Shown here: positions 38,760 to 51,853 of the stretch, one piece after another | Layout: every line of letters begins with the position of its first letter | Numbering within the stretch: the stretch's first letter is position 1 | DNA from: Mobula hypostoma | Taxonomy: Eukaryota | Assembly (NCBI RefSeq): GCF_963921235.1 | Contig: NC_086097.1 | Span: 41,108,001-41,172,000 of the forward strand | Length of the DNA: 64,000 nt | Direction of reading: 5' to 3' | The notes under the pieces: model-generated | Seen by the model: only the letters and a program-made list of their open reading frames with translations | The model's database searches: none | What the model was told of the DNA's origin: nothing | Program-made: the position numbers and the translations under genes

Positions 38760-39284
38760 TTTATGAGGCATTGCTCAGACTGAACTCAAAATGTTGTGAG
38801 CAAATTTGGACCCTTTGTTTAAGAAAAGATGTGTTGGCATTGGAAAGGGTCCAGAGGAGGTTCACAAGAATGATCCACAGCATCTTGGAAAAGGGTTAAC
38901 ATATGAGGAATGTTTGATGCCCTGGGGTCTGTACTCACTAGAGTTTAGAAGATCTCATTGAGGCCTATCTGATATTGAAAGGCCCTAATTAGAGTCAACA
39001 TGGAGAGTATGTTTCCTATAGTGAGAGAATCTAAGATCAGAGGGCACAGACTCAGAATAGAAGGATGTCTCTTTGGAACAGTGAAGAGGAGGAATTTTGT
39101 TAACCAGAGAATGATGAATCTGTGGAATTCATTGCCATAGACGGCTGTGGGAACCAAATGGTAGGATATATTTAAGCTCCTGATTAGTAAGAGTCAAAAA
39201 TTATGGGGAGAAGGCAGGAGAATGGGGTTGAGAGGGAAAATAAATCAGCAATGATTGAATAATGGAGCAGACTCAGTGGGTCAA
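38760..39284 (+). mobile_element. CR1 3' fragment; last 28 bp displaced to 42180-42207 by a DNA transposon
   Basis: Ends GAGCAGACTCAGTGGGTCAA and resumes TGGCCTAATTCTGCTCCTATGTCTTATG after the insertion. Confidence 0.88.
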
Positions 39285-42176
39285 TAGTCCATGAGCGAGT
39301 CGGGTTGGTCGGTACCATCTGAGGAAAATGATGCTCATAGTGATTTTTGGCAAGGTATACATTGCTAGAGTTAGAAAATATGTGATAGCATTGCACCAGT
39401 GGTAGCTTTATGTGTGCTATCATGCATTTTATAACACTACCCGAAAATAAGCATTTCTAAAAAGTGGCCAATATAAAGAACAACATATATATTCAACCTA
39501 GTAGTATTTTGTCACCAATGATCCTTCAACATTGAAATTTGTCACAATGATAGCCAAGTTCAAACGCTTTTCAACAAATGTTGTTATAAAATTCTACATT
39601 GAAAACTATGTCATTGGCGGCATTCGCAGTACAGTGCCCAGTTTCAGTAGAGTGAATCATTTCATTTTTAGATGAATATTTGTCTGGTGTTTTTTTTTGG
39701 AAAGTCAATAAAAACCCTAGGACACATATAATCACATGGATTTGTAGAGCATTTATTCAGTAATCACTTTTTGTATATATTCCATATTAACATCAGTACA
39801 GCAGAAAATGTTACCCCATTCCCCCCCCCCCCCCCAAAAGGTAAAAAACCTCATTTGGAGAGATTTCTGGAGTTTTATCAATGTCATGATACTTTCCATA
39901 TTGTTGTATCAAATCAAAACAATCTTAAGCTTTAAGCTTTTGTCATAGCATATAGAATTACAGTACAATAATTCAAATGTGGGGTTCCACACGGCCATAA
40001 CCTAGACCCCATTTGGTTGTAAAATGAATATATTTAATCAAAGACTGCTTTCCATAATTTCATAACCTATTAATAATCATAATAATTTTCCAAGTCTTCC
40101 ACATCTTCATCTGCACTTTCCACACTCTCTGAGGTGGATGCCTGGTTCTCACAGACTGCCAGTCTACACATGTCAGTACACCTGAGGCAATTTGCAACAC
40201 ACATACATCTTGGGAGTGAACATTTTTTTGGACAGTTACAGGCCAGTAGATCCAGGACGGCATCCGGTGCTGGCTGGCCTTCCATCCAGTGCACCACCAA
40301 CTGTTCAGCTTCCTCTTCTCTCTCCATCTTCCATCCTCTGCCAACAGGGCTTGGCACTTGTGGGTCCTTCTCCAAACATCTTCTCCATATACCAGCCTGG
40401 TAGCTGGCTCGCTGTGCATGTTTTGTTAAGCAGTCCTGGCATGGTGGGAGTTGATGACATTCAATTTCATAGATACCTGAGCTCATTGACCTTGGTGGTT
40501 GATGCTTTTGGGGCATACAGGAGAGAAAGGATATCCTCCATACGTAGACTACGTCCTTGTGCCATCTCGATGATGCATCCAAACAAGGACCTGTCTGCTT
40601 TCAAGATGATCACCCTCCCATCTGATTTCACTTCTCTCTTCTTACACATATCACTGAATGTTTTCAGCTTGTTGGTTTTCACTAGGCCATGGAATTTCTT
40701 TGCTGATGGGTCTTCCTCTAGTCTCTCATCCTTGAAGGTTGCATAGCATTGCTCACCAATCTCATATGCCTTCATCAGGTTGGAGGCAATGTCGTAGGGG
40801 GCTGCCTTTGCCATAGAGATGCTAATAAGGTCCCGCTTCTCTGCAAATGGGTTGACCCGTTCATGTATGGGGCTAACCACTGCTGAAACTGCTTCCTCAT
40901 CTTTCTGGATGCTTGGCCGCTCTGTTTTGTTGCCTTGCACCACCTCCCTTAACAGTCTCAGGAATGCACTGTGGTGCTCAGCTGTATGTAGTAACGCTTG
41001 ATAGCTCCAGCATTCAGGCTGAACTGTGATGTGCCTCCAGGAGTCTGTGTGTCTTTGTTCACTGTGGCTTCAAAAGCCTGGTCCGCAGGGATCTGTCCAA
41101 AGGGGTTGTTACTTGACAGCTGCACTGAGAATTGGCCTGTCTTGAAGGCCTCATACACAGAAGGATTCTTCTCTGGGAGGTTCACCATCTGAGCAAAGTA
41201 AGGGGACAGGTGCCTGACATAACTCATCTTATCATAGACAAAGCACCATGGGATCATGGTTCTTATAGCATGGAGGTACAACTCCCAGTCCCCCTCACGA
41301 GAGGCGTGCAGAAGCACTACGTAGAAGTACCACGTTCTCTACCATGTCAATGTATGATATCCAGAATGTGGACAGCTCTCCATTGTTGTGATGGAGGTGT
41401 TCCTGAAAGTCTGTCCACAAGGTTATCAGCTCAGCTAAGAGTGGACTTAGTGCAGCAGATTGTTCAACTTCAGTTCCCACTCCTCTCTGGAATGTTGTCT
41501 TCAACCCACGGTGTGAACTCAGCCCATGCGAGTCTCATCGGTGCTTCGTAGATGTACTTGCAGACCCTGACAGCACGATGGTAGTGTTTACCATCAAGGA
41601 CTCCATTGATGGAGTCCTCTGCGACAATTCCAGCCTCAATGCATACGTCCTTTAGACCAGCATCCCGAAATCACTTTCCTTGGATGGGTAAGGCATTACA
41701 TATGGTATGGAATATCCCCACCCTGAGAAAAATGTTGGAGAAGCCCTCTTTGTGCCTCCAGGCAATTTCAGTGGCTTTTGTACAGAGTGCTTGATCGATG
41801 ACTACCACAATTGTTTCGAGATGAAGTTTCATCCTGATTAGCTCTGATTGGTCCAGGATTTCAAATACTGTGGTCAACTCTGTGGCTGGTGAATTGATGG
41901 TTGGCAGATACCCAACAATATCTTATGAGATTGGTTCTTGGTCCCTGGTGCTGATATTAAAGCCAGTCCTGTTTGGGACTGTCTGATTCTTTGGATCTGT
42001 TTGCCTTGCAAGTGTCCACACCAGGTTCTTCTTGCAGGCAAGAAAGCTACCACCACTGCAATGCTATCACTTATTTTCTAGCACTAGGGGTGTATACCTT
42101 GCGAAAAATCACTATAAGAATTATTCCCCCCAGATGGTACTGGTGGCCCAAATTTGGGGTCCTGGCTCTTGGACTG
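39285..42176 (-). mobile_element. Academ-like (AcademX-type) DNA transposon, internally deleted
   Basis: Imperfect TIRs of about 125-135 bp (TAGTCCATGAGC... / ...GCTCTTGGACTG; shared GTACCATCTG, ATAGTGATTTTT, GCAAGGTATACA, GTGATAGCATTGCA); 3-bp TSD CAA at 39282-39284 and 42177-42179; coding remnants inside. Confidence 0.85.
40070..41990 (-). pseudogene. Fragmented Academ-type transposase with C-terminal Cys8 (tesmin/CXC-like) zinc finger
   Basis: VVIDQALCTKATEIAW...LRVGIFHTIC, ASREGDWELYL...FVYDKMSYVR, IPADQAFEATVNKD, KADRSLFG, QLPPCQDCLTKHAQRASYQAGIW, WMEGQPAPDAVLDLLACNCPKKCSLPRCMCVANCLRCTDMCRLAVCEN. Family call from motif memory. Confidence 0.75.
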
Positions 42177-42624
42177 CAATGGCCTAATTCTGCTCCTATG
42201 TCTTATGCCCCAATTGTATTATGGATGGTCTGTCCAGCCAGCACAGCACTGGCCTGGACTTCTATAGAGTGTCAGACTGGATTTTTGAGCTCCAGTCTCT
42301 GGATGAACCCTACTGACATATTGACAGCCAAGAGTAGCCTGGGTTCAGCTCCTCAAGTTTCCTATGCTGTAACTTCATAGAAGTCAGCATATTTCTGTCT
42401 GAGGATTTGGAACATGAACTGACATCGTGTGAATTGGCCTCCTTGTCAATACTTTTTTTTAAGTAATTGTGAAACCAAATCATTAGAACTTGCAAAGCTG
42501 CATGTTATTTTCTCCTTTTTCTTCATGGAAGTAAAAGAACAACACAACCTACTGACCTGGCCTGTCCTTTTCAAATTTACTGTCTTAGCTGGTAAACCCA
42601 GGTAACTGTGGCTCATTATTGGCT

Positions 42625-42830
42625 ACACACACAAAATGCTGGTAGAGCACAGCAGGCCAGGCAGCATCCATAGGAAGAGATACAGTCGACGCTTCAGGCC
42701 AAGACCCTTCGTCAGGTCTCAGCCCGAAAAGTCAACTGCACCTCTTCCTATAGATGCTGCCTGGCCTGCTGCGTTCACCAGCATTTTGTGTGTGTTACTT
42801 GAATTTCCAGCTTCTGCAGATTTTCTCGTG
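42625..42830. mobile_element. Inverted pair of PLE 3' repeats joined at the hammerhead
   Basis: Minus copy 42625-42716 (CTGACGAAGGGTCTTGGCCTGAAGCGTCGACTG) fused to a plus copy starting GGTCTCAGCCCGAAAAGTCAACTG. Confidence 0.9.
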
Positions 42831-42859
42831 CTCGTTATTAGTGGTTGCTTTTTTCAAAA

Positions 42860-43590
42860 GTGTGTACTCATAAAAGCCTAAAGGGTACTGATGACACCCC
42901 TCTCTGTAACTGGATCTTGGACTTCTTGACAAAAAGACTCCCTGTAACTCCAAGTTGGCAGCAACAGCTCAAGCTCCATCATGCTGAGCACTAGTGAACC
43001 CAGGGCTCTACTTGCTGCTGTTCACACTGCTGACTCAGGACTGTACTGCTAGATTCAGCTCAAACTGCATCATCAAGTTTGCTGATGGTACTACAGTGCC
43101 TGGCCACGTTGCCAACAATGAGTCGGCAGGCAGAGGGATAGAAATGTTTGTCAAATCATGCGAGAACTACTACTGGAGTCTCAACATGGACAAGACAGAA
43201 GAGATGATTGAAGTTTTTCAGGAAGGCAGAAGTCAGCATCAATGGCTCTGCCAAGGAGAGAGTGAAAAGCGTGATGTTCCTTGGTGTGTACATAACAGAT
43301 GATATAACCTGGAGCCACAACACCTCCTCATAAGCCAAGAAGGGACAGCAGCATCTACACTTTCCGAGGAGGCAGGAAAGGCTCTGTGCCCCCATTCTAA
43401 CAATTTTCTACAGGAGTACCACTGAGACTGTCCTGTCTAACTGCATGATTGTGTGGTATGGAAACTGCAAGGCATCGGATCATAAGACCCTAGAGTGGAT
43501 AGTGAAAAGACACTGAGAGGATCATTGGGGTCTCCATCACCCCTATTTGTGACACTTACTGGGAGTGTTGTAGACGAAGGGCCCAAAGAG
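42860..43590 (+). mobile_element. Rex1/Babar-like LINE fragment
   Basis: LLFTLLTQDCTARFSSNCIIKFADGTTV...SLNMDKTEEMI. Confidence 0.82.
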
Positions 43591-43774
43591 AGGTATCGCA
43601 CAGAAACAGACAATTTACCATCAAATCTATTGCCAACTATCAAGCACCCATTTTTTCCTTAGTTAATCTGTTCCATTTCTATTGGTTACCTGGTGGAATT
43701 AATGTATAGAATGAGAAAATAAAATTGAGTCAATGCTTTGTTACTATATTGTAGATTTCACATTTTTGCATGGA

Positions 43775-45760
43775 TTCATTTTTGAGACCGGGGTGTTGCT
43801 GGCAAAACCAACATCTACTGTCCATTCCTACCTGCCTTTGAGAAGGTGGTGATGAGCCACTGCCTTGAACTGCAGCAGTCCCTCTGATGTTGGTATTTCA
43901 TGGCACTGTTGGGAGGTGGTGGGTGAGTTTTAGGTTTTAGGGCCAATGCAAAATGAACAACGTGGTGCTGTGTGACTTGGGAGGGACAGATAGTGGTGTT
44001 GGTACTGATATTGGTGTTAGTTTGTTATTGTCACATGTACCAAGATACAGTGAGGAGCTTGTCTTGCAGACTGTTCATTCAGATCAAATCATTCCAAGCG
44101 CATTGAGCTAGAATAAGGTAAAATAATAACAATTCAGAATTAAGTTTAAAAGCTACCAGGAAAGTACAGTGCAGGTAAATGATAAGGTGCAACATCATAA
44201 TGAGGTAAATTGTAATGCCAAGAGTCTGTCTTATTGTACAAGAAGTCTGTTCAAGGGTCTGTTAACAGTGGAATTGAGGCTGTCCTTGAGCCTGGTGGTA
44301 TGTGCTTTCAGCCTTTTTTTTTACCTTCTGCCCAATGAGAAAGAGGAGAAGAGTGAATGTCAGGCTGGGTGAGTTCTTTAATCATGCTGTCTGTTTTACT
44401 GAGGTGGCAGGAAGTATAGACAGAGTTCGGAAAGGGGAGCCAGGTTCCTGTGATGTGTTGAGCTATATCTACAGCTCTGTGGTTTTGCAGTCCAAGCTGT
44501 TGTGCATCCAGACAGAACATTTTCTATGGTGCATCAATAAAAATTGGTAAGAGTTGACAGGGACATGCTAAATTTTGTTAGCCTCCTGAGGAAGTAGAGG
44601 AGTTGGTGAAAAAGTTCTTGGCCATGACATCAGCATGTTTGGACCAGGATGAACTATTGGTGAAGTTCAAACTTAGCTACTTGACGCTCTTGACTCTCTC
44701 AACCTCAACACTGTTGATGTAGACAGAAGCATGTGCAGCACCTCCTTTTATAAAGTCAATTACTAAAGCTTTTATTGTCATGGTAACATGACATCATGTT
44801 CCGACGAACTTGCCTTCTGGGTGGTCAAAGTTGCAGGTTTGGCAGGCAAAATCAGAGTACTCTGTGTGAATGAAGCAGTGCATTTTGTAGATAGATAATA
44901 CACATTACAGCAATATGTACTGATTCTGGAGAGATTGAGGTCAAGTGTTTTAAGGGCTGTTCAACTGCACTCATCTAGACAGGTGGAGAGTCATGCTCCT
45001 GACATATGCCATATACATGATGGAAAATCACTGGATGGTTCACTGTTGAATCACTCACTGCTGGAGTCCCAGCCTCAGACCTAATCTTGTAGCCACATTG
45101 CTTTATATGGCTGGTTCCAGCTCAGTTTCCAGCTAACCTCAAAGATGTCAATTATAATACAACTGAATATCAAGGATATGTGAAAAGATTCTTTATTTTA
45201 AGGTCTTTACCCATTACTCTTCTGGCACAAATGCTACCATTTATCAATCTATGTCTGAATGTTGTTTAGTTTTTCCTGCATGCAGGTTTAGGCTGCAACA
45301 TTTTCTGAGGATTTGTGAGTAAAATTGAAAGTGTATTTATCACTAAACCACCCTTATGATGGAAGGAAGTTCATTGATGAAGTAGCAGAAGATGCTTAGA
45401 TCAGGGAAAGTGTTCTGAAGAACTCCTGCAGTGATGCTCTGGGGCTGGTTGATGGTCATCTAGCTAACTTTAGTCCATAACCATTTTCCTTTGAGCGAGG
45501 AATAACTTTAGCCATTGAAATATTTTCAATTTGATTTACCTTGACTGCACTTTCACTGAGGGGTTCTGATGCTGCATTCAGATTTCTGATTCCTTGATGC
45601 TAGAGGCATTCACCATCACCTCACTTCTGAAATTCAGATCCTTAGTTTCCAGTTGGATTTTCAAACCACCTGATCTGAAAAATGGCAGGTCTTTCTTAAT
45701 CATGGGGCAATCAGCTTTACGAAGTCTGTTTCTTATATTGCCTGCGTTGATATTGAATAG
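43775..45760 (-). mobile_element. Old L2/CR1-group LINE with a nested Rex1-like copy (about 44010-44770)
   Basis: 3' end GGTGTTGCTGGCAAAACCAACATCTACTGTCCATTCCTA resembles tails at 15790-15845 and 49003-49060; nested frame AVDIAQHITGTWLP. Confidence 0.55.
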
Positions 45761-45769
45761 TGCTGCTCG

Positions 45770-47620
45770 GGACAGGCCATTCAGCCCATGATGCTGATTT
45801 ATACTAACTGGCCTCTTCCTGTGCATCACCCATATTACTCCATTTTTTTCATATTCAAATGTCTTCTTGAAGGTCTCTTAAACTCCACCAAACTGCCTGC
45901 TTCCATGACCATCAACAGTAATGTATTCCAGGCACTGACCACTCTGTGTATATAAAAAAAATACCTGCCCCTCATGTTAGTCTTTAAACTTCTCTCCCCC
46001 CCCCACCCTTAAAAATTCCTCTGGTATTTGATACTTCTATCCTGTGGAAAAGATTCTGACTCTATGTCTCTCAGAATTTAAAAATATGTCTATCAGACCT
46101 CTACTCAGCCTTGAAGTTCCAGGGTGAATAATGTAAGTTTGACCAACCTTTCCTTATAATTTATGTTGTCTAATCCAGCAAGTCCTCAAGTCCTGGTAAA
46201 CACTATTACATCCTTTCTACACTCTCCACATACCTATGATGGGGTAACCAAAAGATCTCACAATACTCCAAGTGTATCTGACTCAAGTTTTAAACAACAT
46301 CACCATGACTTCCTCATTCTTATATTCCCATTGGCGCACCTGCCAATGAAAGCAAACATACTGTGTATCTCATCATCCACTGACAGTCACTTTCAGGGAA
46401 CTATGGACTTAGACACTACGATTCCCTCTATATTTCAATGTTATTAAGGGGCCTAATGTTAACTGTGAACATATATCCTTCATTTGACTTCCCTAAGTGC
46501 ATCACCTCATGTTTGCCCAGATTAAACTCCATCGGCTACTTTTATGCCCATATCTGTAATTGATCTATATCCCACTGCACTCTTTGATGGCCCTTTACAC
46601 CACCCATAACTCCAATAACCTTGCAACATGCACAAAATGCTGGAAGAACTCGGCAGGCCAGGCAGCATCTGTGGAAAAGAATACAGTCAACGTTTTGGGC
46701 CGAGACCCTTCAGCAGGATGGGTTTGTGATTGGATTACTCCAATAACCTTGTTTCATGTGCAGATTTGCTAATTCACCTATCTACTTTTACTTTCAAGTC
46801 TTTGATGTATATAACCGAGGGCCTTGCGGAACACGAATGATCACGGCTTTCCAAAAGAGTAACAGCCTTCCATTTTTACTGTTTGTTTTCTATGAGGAAG
46901 CCAGTTCTGAATCCAAGCTTGCAAGGGATCCAGGGTGAATTGCATCTTTCTTCTGAATCAACCTACCATGAGGGACCTCATCAAATGCCTTATTAAAGTT
47001 CATGTAGATGATACCTACTGCCTCACCTTCAGCAAGACCCCTTGTCACCTCCTCAAAAAATTTGATGAAGTGTGTAAGGCATAACCTTCCCCCACACAAA
47101 GCCATTCTGACTGTCCCCAAGTGTGCCTTGGCCTTCCAAATGCACTTGAATCCTATCTGTAAGTATCATCTCCAATACTGTTACTACCATACATGAAGCT
47201 CACGGCCTATAATTATCTGGATTATCCCTATTTCCTTTCCCAAACAAAGGCACCACATTTGCAATTATTCTATTCTCTGGGACTTCTCATGTTGCTAGGG
47301 AGGACACAACGATCTTTGTCAAAGCCTCAACAATCTCCTCATTTGCTTCTGGGATTTATATCAGGATATATGCCATGGACTTGTTCATCTTAGTACTTTT
47401 CAGAAGACCCAGCACTACCTCCTCTTTAATCTCAAACTGTCTCAGCACATTAGCATGCCGACACTGCCTTCACTATCCTCCAAATCCTTCTCCTCAGTAA
47501 TTATTGACATAAAGTACTGATTTAGTACCTCAATCGCTTACTGTGACTCCAAGCACAAACTTCTCCTTTAACCCTGAGGAGGGATCAAACATCTTAGTGT
47601 TCTTCTTTTTCTTAATGTAA
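45770..47620 (-). mobile_element. Degraded CR1-clade LINE
   Basis: GRLCLTHFIKFFEEVTRGLAEGEAVGIIYMNFNKAFDEVPHGRLIQK at 46890-47120. Confidence 0.8.
46624..46736 (-). mobile_element. Short PLE repeat with mutated hammerhead and 15-bp TSD
   Basis: Minus strand TCCTGCTGAAGGGTCTCGGCCCAAAACGTTGACTG; direct repeat ACTCCAATAACCTTG at 46609-46623 and 46737-46751. Confidence 0.88.
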
Positions 47621-47706
47621 GAAACATTTTCTTAATGTAAGAACACGTTGTTTTAATGTGAGAATATTTGAGATGTGGTTGCAAAGAACGCATCTTTGAA
47701 GATAAA

Positions 47707-47843
47707 TCACAAACAAGAGGAAATCTGCTAGAAATCCAAGCAATACACGTAAAATGCTGGAGGAACTCAGCAGGCCAGGCAGCATCTGTGGAAAAGAGTA
47801 AACAGCCGATGTTTTGGGCTGAGACCTCCATTAGAATAGAAGG
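47707..47843 (-). mobile_element. Short PLE repeat, degenerate hammerhead
   Basis: GCTGGAGGAACTCAGCAGGCCAGGCAGCATCTGTGG...CAGCCGATGTTTTGGGCTGAGACC. Confidence 0.82.
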
Positions 47844-48004
47844 TAAATGCTGTCAAATGCAAGAATTTACAACACATCAATTGTGAATGGAGGGTTAAAA
47901 TCATCGATGCCAGTTTCAATGTAGTATTACGCAGAGAAACACGATAAGTATTGGCTTGGCTGAACGGAGGAGCACTTTCAATAATAGATTAAGACAACTG
48001 GAAT

Positions 48005-48196
48005 TACCCTCGACCATTAAACTCTAAGTCAATCTATAGACAGGGAAGTCATGACCCCCTCCTGTTAGACTGTTTGAGGTAACATATTTTTAATCTTTCT
48101 TACTTCTTTCCTAATATTTGTATATCTGTGCACTTGCAATGCTACTGTAACACTGTAATTTGCTTTGGGATCAATAAAGTGTCTATCTATCTATCA
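48005..48196 (+). mobile_element. Rex1-type 3' end with (CTAT)n tail
   Basis: GTAATTTGCTTTGGGATCAATAAAGTGTCTATCTATCTATC. Confidence 0.6.
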
Positions 48197-49002
48197 TATA
48201 CTGTTTGCTTTGATTAAAGATTCAACTCAATGTGACTTGTCTTGGGGTAACTCACAATCCTTTAACACCAGATCAAAATGTAAGGCAATTTCCAACCCCT
48301 TATGGTTTCATAGTTTTAAAAATAATCAGTTTTTGATTAACCTTCAATTTATTCTATATATATTGGAATCAAGAGCAAGAGTAGTCTCCACCATTTACAA
48401 TACATCAAATGCGAATGTGGTGCTGAAATCGTGATGGTAACCTCAACTCTGCTTTCTCATTTACCCATGGTAGTTTTTCAGTCAGCTCCTTATCAATTAT
48501 CCATTGACCTTGCCTAAAATATTCAAAGACTTCCTCCATCACTCTTTGACAAAGAAAATTCCAAAGACTCACAAGCCCCCCCAAGAGAACAAAATGCCCT
48601 CAACCGACCTTATTTATTTATAATGACTCCTACTTTCTGATTCTCCTACAAGATGGAACATCCTTTGCAAATCAATCCTGCAGTGACTCTTCAGTCTCTC
48701 AGTATTTCGTTTGTTTCAACGAAGACTCTTTTCACTCTTTTAAACTCCAGCAAGTACAAGCCTAGCCTGTCCAATCTTTCTCTCATTCCAGGTATCAATC
48801 GAGTAAGTTCTCTGAACTTCTCCCAGTGCACCCCCAAAGTCATTCCTAAAATAAGAAGACCAGTACTATGCAGATATAGTTTCATTAATGCCATTTATAA
48901 TGAAATAATAACCTACCCACTTCTGTAATCACTTCTCAAATATAAACAGCTAAATTCTATTAGTTGTCCTGCTTAATTGCTGTAAATATTTCAATGTTTT
49001 TA

Positions 49003-49345
49003 AATTCATTCATGATACTTGGCTATCGCTGACAATGCCAGCAGTTATTGTCCTCCCCTAATTGTTTTCACTTTGAGTGGGCTGCCTGGCTATTCCAGAG
49101 GATAGTCAATCACAAGCAGACAAGTAATGGTTAAGAAGGCAAATTTTCTATCCCCAAAGGCAGTACTGAACCAGATGGGTTTTGCAACAATCTGCTGGAT
49201 TCATGGTTACTGTTACTGATACTGGAGTTTTAATTCCATCTTTATTTGATTAATTGGAATTAAATTCCCCAGTTGCAGTGATGGAATTTGAACTCTCATC
49301 TCTGGATTATCACTGCAGAGATCTCTGTTGTCAACCCAGTGACAA
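49003..49345 (-). mobile_element. Old SINE with L2-type tail (possibly DeuSINE-like)
   Basis: ATTCATTCATG...GCTGACAATGCCAGCAGTTATTGTCCTCCCCTAATTG tail; head with a B-box-like GAGTTCAAATTCC on the minus strand. Confidence 0.5.
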
Positions 49346-50524
49346 AAATCACACTTGTTTCCTTTGCTACATAACTGACTATAGTCCCTGAAATATTGCA
49401 ATTTATTGCAAGTGCTTTGCATAAAGATTTTCATGTTTTCACATTTAAACGCAGCGTGGACGTGTCGACCTATAAACCACACACTACAAAGGATTGCCAG
49501 AATTCTAGTACACTGATAAATCATGGAATTAAAATTACAAAAGGAAAGCCTAATTTACAAACATTGCTCTTTTTTTGGAGAATCAGAATGATCTTAGCAT
49601 TTTTGTGCTGACAGTGAGTTGACAATTGAACTGGACCTGCACTCAACGAGGACAGGCATTAGAAGTTAGTCACATAGTGGCAGGCTGACATTGTCTGTTA
49701 GCTCTTTATTTTTGTTTGCTTTTACCGGAGGCAACTGTGCAGTCGTGTCTCTTCCAGCAAATTGGACAGCTGGCCACCAAGTGAGCATATGTAGATGACA
49801 GGCATTCATTGAAGTATTATTAAGAAGGTTAATGCTTTGACAGCAGACAATAGATGGCTGAATATGAAAGCAGGCACCTGGGATTTCAGTGGAAGTGAAT
49901 GAGAAAGTAGCAAAGTTTTCAGAAAATCCATCAGAAAGGCACACCTATTTAAATAAGCCTGGTGTATTTCTAAATTTAGAGAATGATGGAGATGAGGTTA
50001 TAATTAATGCAAGATCACAACTGGATACTTACTGAAAGATTAGGGTTGTGTTTTAATATTTTTTGAGCACCTCTTACTCAACTATACAGCAACAACTACT
50101 CGCAAGAGGCTTAACAGGATCCCATACAGAAATACATTTGGGTGGTTCTTCCATCAGAATGATCACTCTCCTTCAGTGGCTGCACTGTATACTTTCCAAA
50201 GTGTACACTGCGGCTTTTCCCAAACATATTTCAGTGGAATCTCCGGACCCTGAGGCCTTTGCAACTTTCCACTCTTGAGTGGTAAAATCATTGGCATGTT
50301 GTCAATATATGTTCTCCTCCACACCTTCCTGTTCTGGTCATACATTCTTCTTCTTCTTTCATCAGTTGATCATGGTATTATAGGAGCCATCTTTTATATC
50401 TAACCCTAACTAAGGACTCCTTTTCCCATACATTGCCGCAGTTAGAGAAGGCTCACCACTACTTCAGGATGGAGAGTAAAGGCTGGTTACCAGAGTGACC
50501 ATTTTCCAGATCAAGCAAAATAAG

Positions 50525-51140
50525 CCAGTCATTGTCATCAAGAAACTACTATAGATGTTTAGTGGAAAGTATATTTACTGGCAACATCACAGCCTGGTAT
50601 GGAAACACCAATGCCCTTGAACAGAGAATCCTACAAAAAGTAGTGAATACGACCCAGTACATCATGGGTAAAGTCCTCACAGCCACTGAGCATATCTACA
50701 TGAAACACTGTCTCAGGAAAGGGGCGTCCATTATCAGGGATCCCGATCATCCAGGACTTGCTATCTTCTCACTGCTTGCCATCAGGAAAAAGGTACAACA
50801 GCCTCAGGACTCTCACCACCAGGTTCAACAACAGCTACTACCCCTTAACGACCAGGGTTTTGAACCAAATGGGATAACTTCACTCAACTTCGCTTACCCC
50901 ATCATTGAAATGTTTCCAAAGCCAATGGACTCACTTCCAAGGACTCTTCAACTTATGGTCTCAATGTTTATTGCACAGTGTGTTGTCTTCTACACTCTGG
51001 AAGAACACTCTAGTTGGGTCGTCTCTCATTGATGATTATTCTATATTTTTATTGAATGTGGCCACAAGAAAATGAATCTCAGGGTTGTATGTGGTGACAT
51101 ATATGTACTTTGATTATAAATTTTACTTTGGACTTTGAAT
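50525..51140 (+). mobile_element. Rex1/Babar-like LINE 3' fragment
   Basis: NYYRCLVESIFTGNITAWYGNTNALEQRILQKVVNTTQYI; family tail. Confidence 0.85.
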
Positions 51141-51853
51141 AATTCAATTCTGCCATTCCATGTTGAAAGAAAAGATGATTGATTATATCACTGAGAGTTT
51201 AGATCTGACAGGTCATATATTAATTGGCCAAAGTGCTATTACTGCCAGTGCTCTTCAATGATTATAGTGTATGTTGGGGATGTTCTGAGGCTGTGACAAA
51301 TTGCTGTTTAAATGCTAGAATTGTTCCTTCTCCATGGAAGTAATTTCAAAAGTAGTCACTGAAGTGGTTTGTTTCATGCAGGAAGATAATGAAGCTAAAC
51401 CAAACATCGGGAGGAATGGATTATAAATCCTAGAGCATTGTTCACTCATTATAAGGAGCAATAAGATTGAACAGTGCAATGGGATTCCTGGCAAAACTAA
51501 AGGAGGTTTTAATTTCTCAGTAAAAGTGCAAGACTTTGGTATAAAGACAGGCTTAAAAGAAGAGTTCCATGTGGAACTTCTTGCACTTGCTGAAATGTGT
51601 CCCAGGCCCATGCCCTGGATGTACATAGGTCAGTCGCTTTTGCCAGTGGATCTACTATTACTTTGTCGAAGTGCATCGAGTTGAATTCAACAGCAGAGTT
51701 GAATTACGCAGGGATTCCACAGTTTTATGCTAGGGAGCCTGGTTTTTCAAACCTGCCTTGGGATCAGAGGCACCATGCTTTTGAATGTGGATATTTAGTG
51801 AACTGTATGGTGTAGATTTTTTTGTAATTACTTTATGTCTAAAGGTTTTTTTT

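Noticed and set aside
47607..47643. 20-bp tandem duplication (similar 25-bp duplication near 59326-59370)
   Set aside because: Ordinary local slippage duplications.
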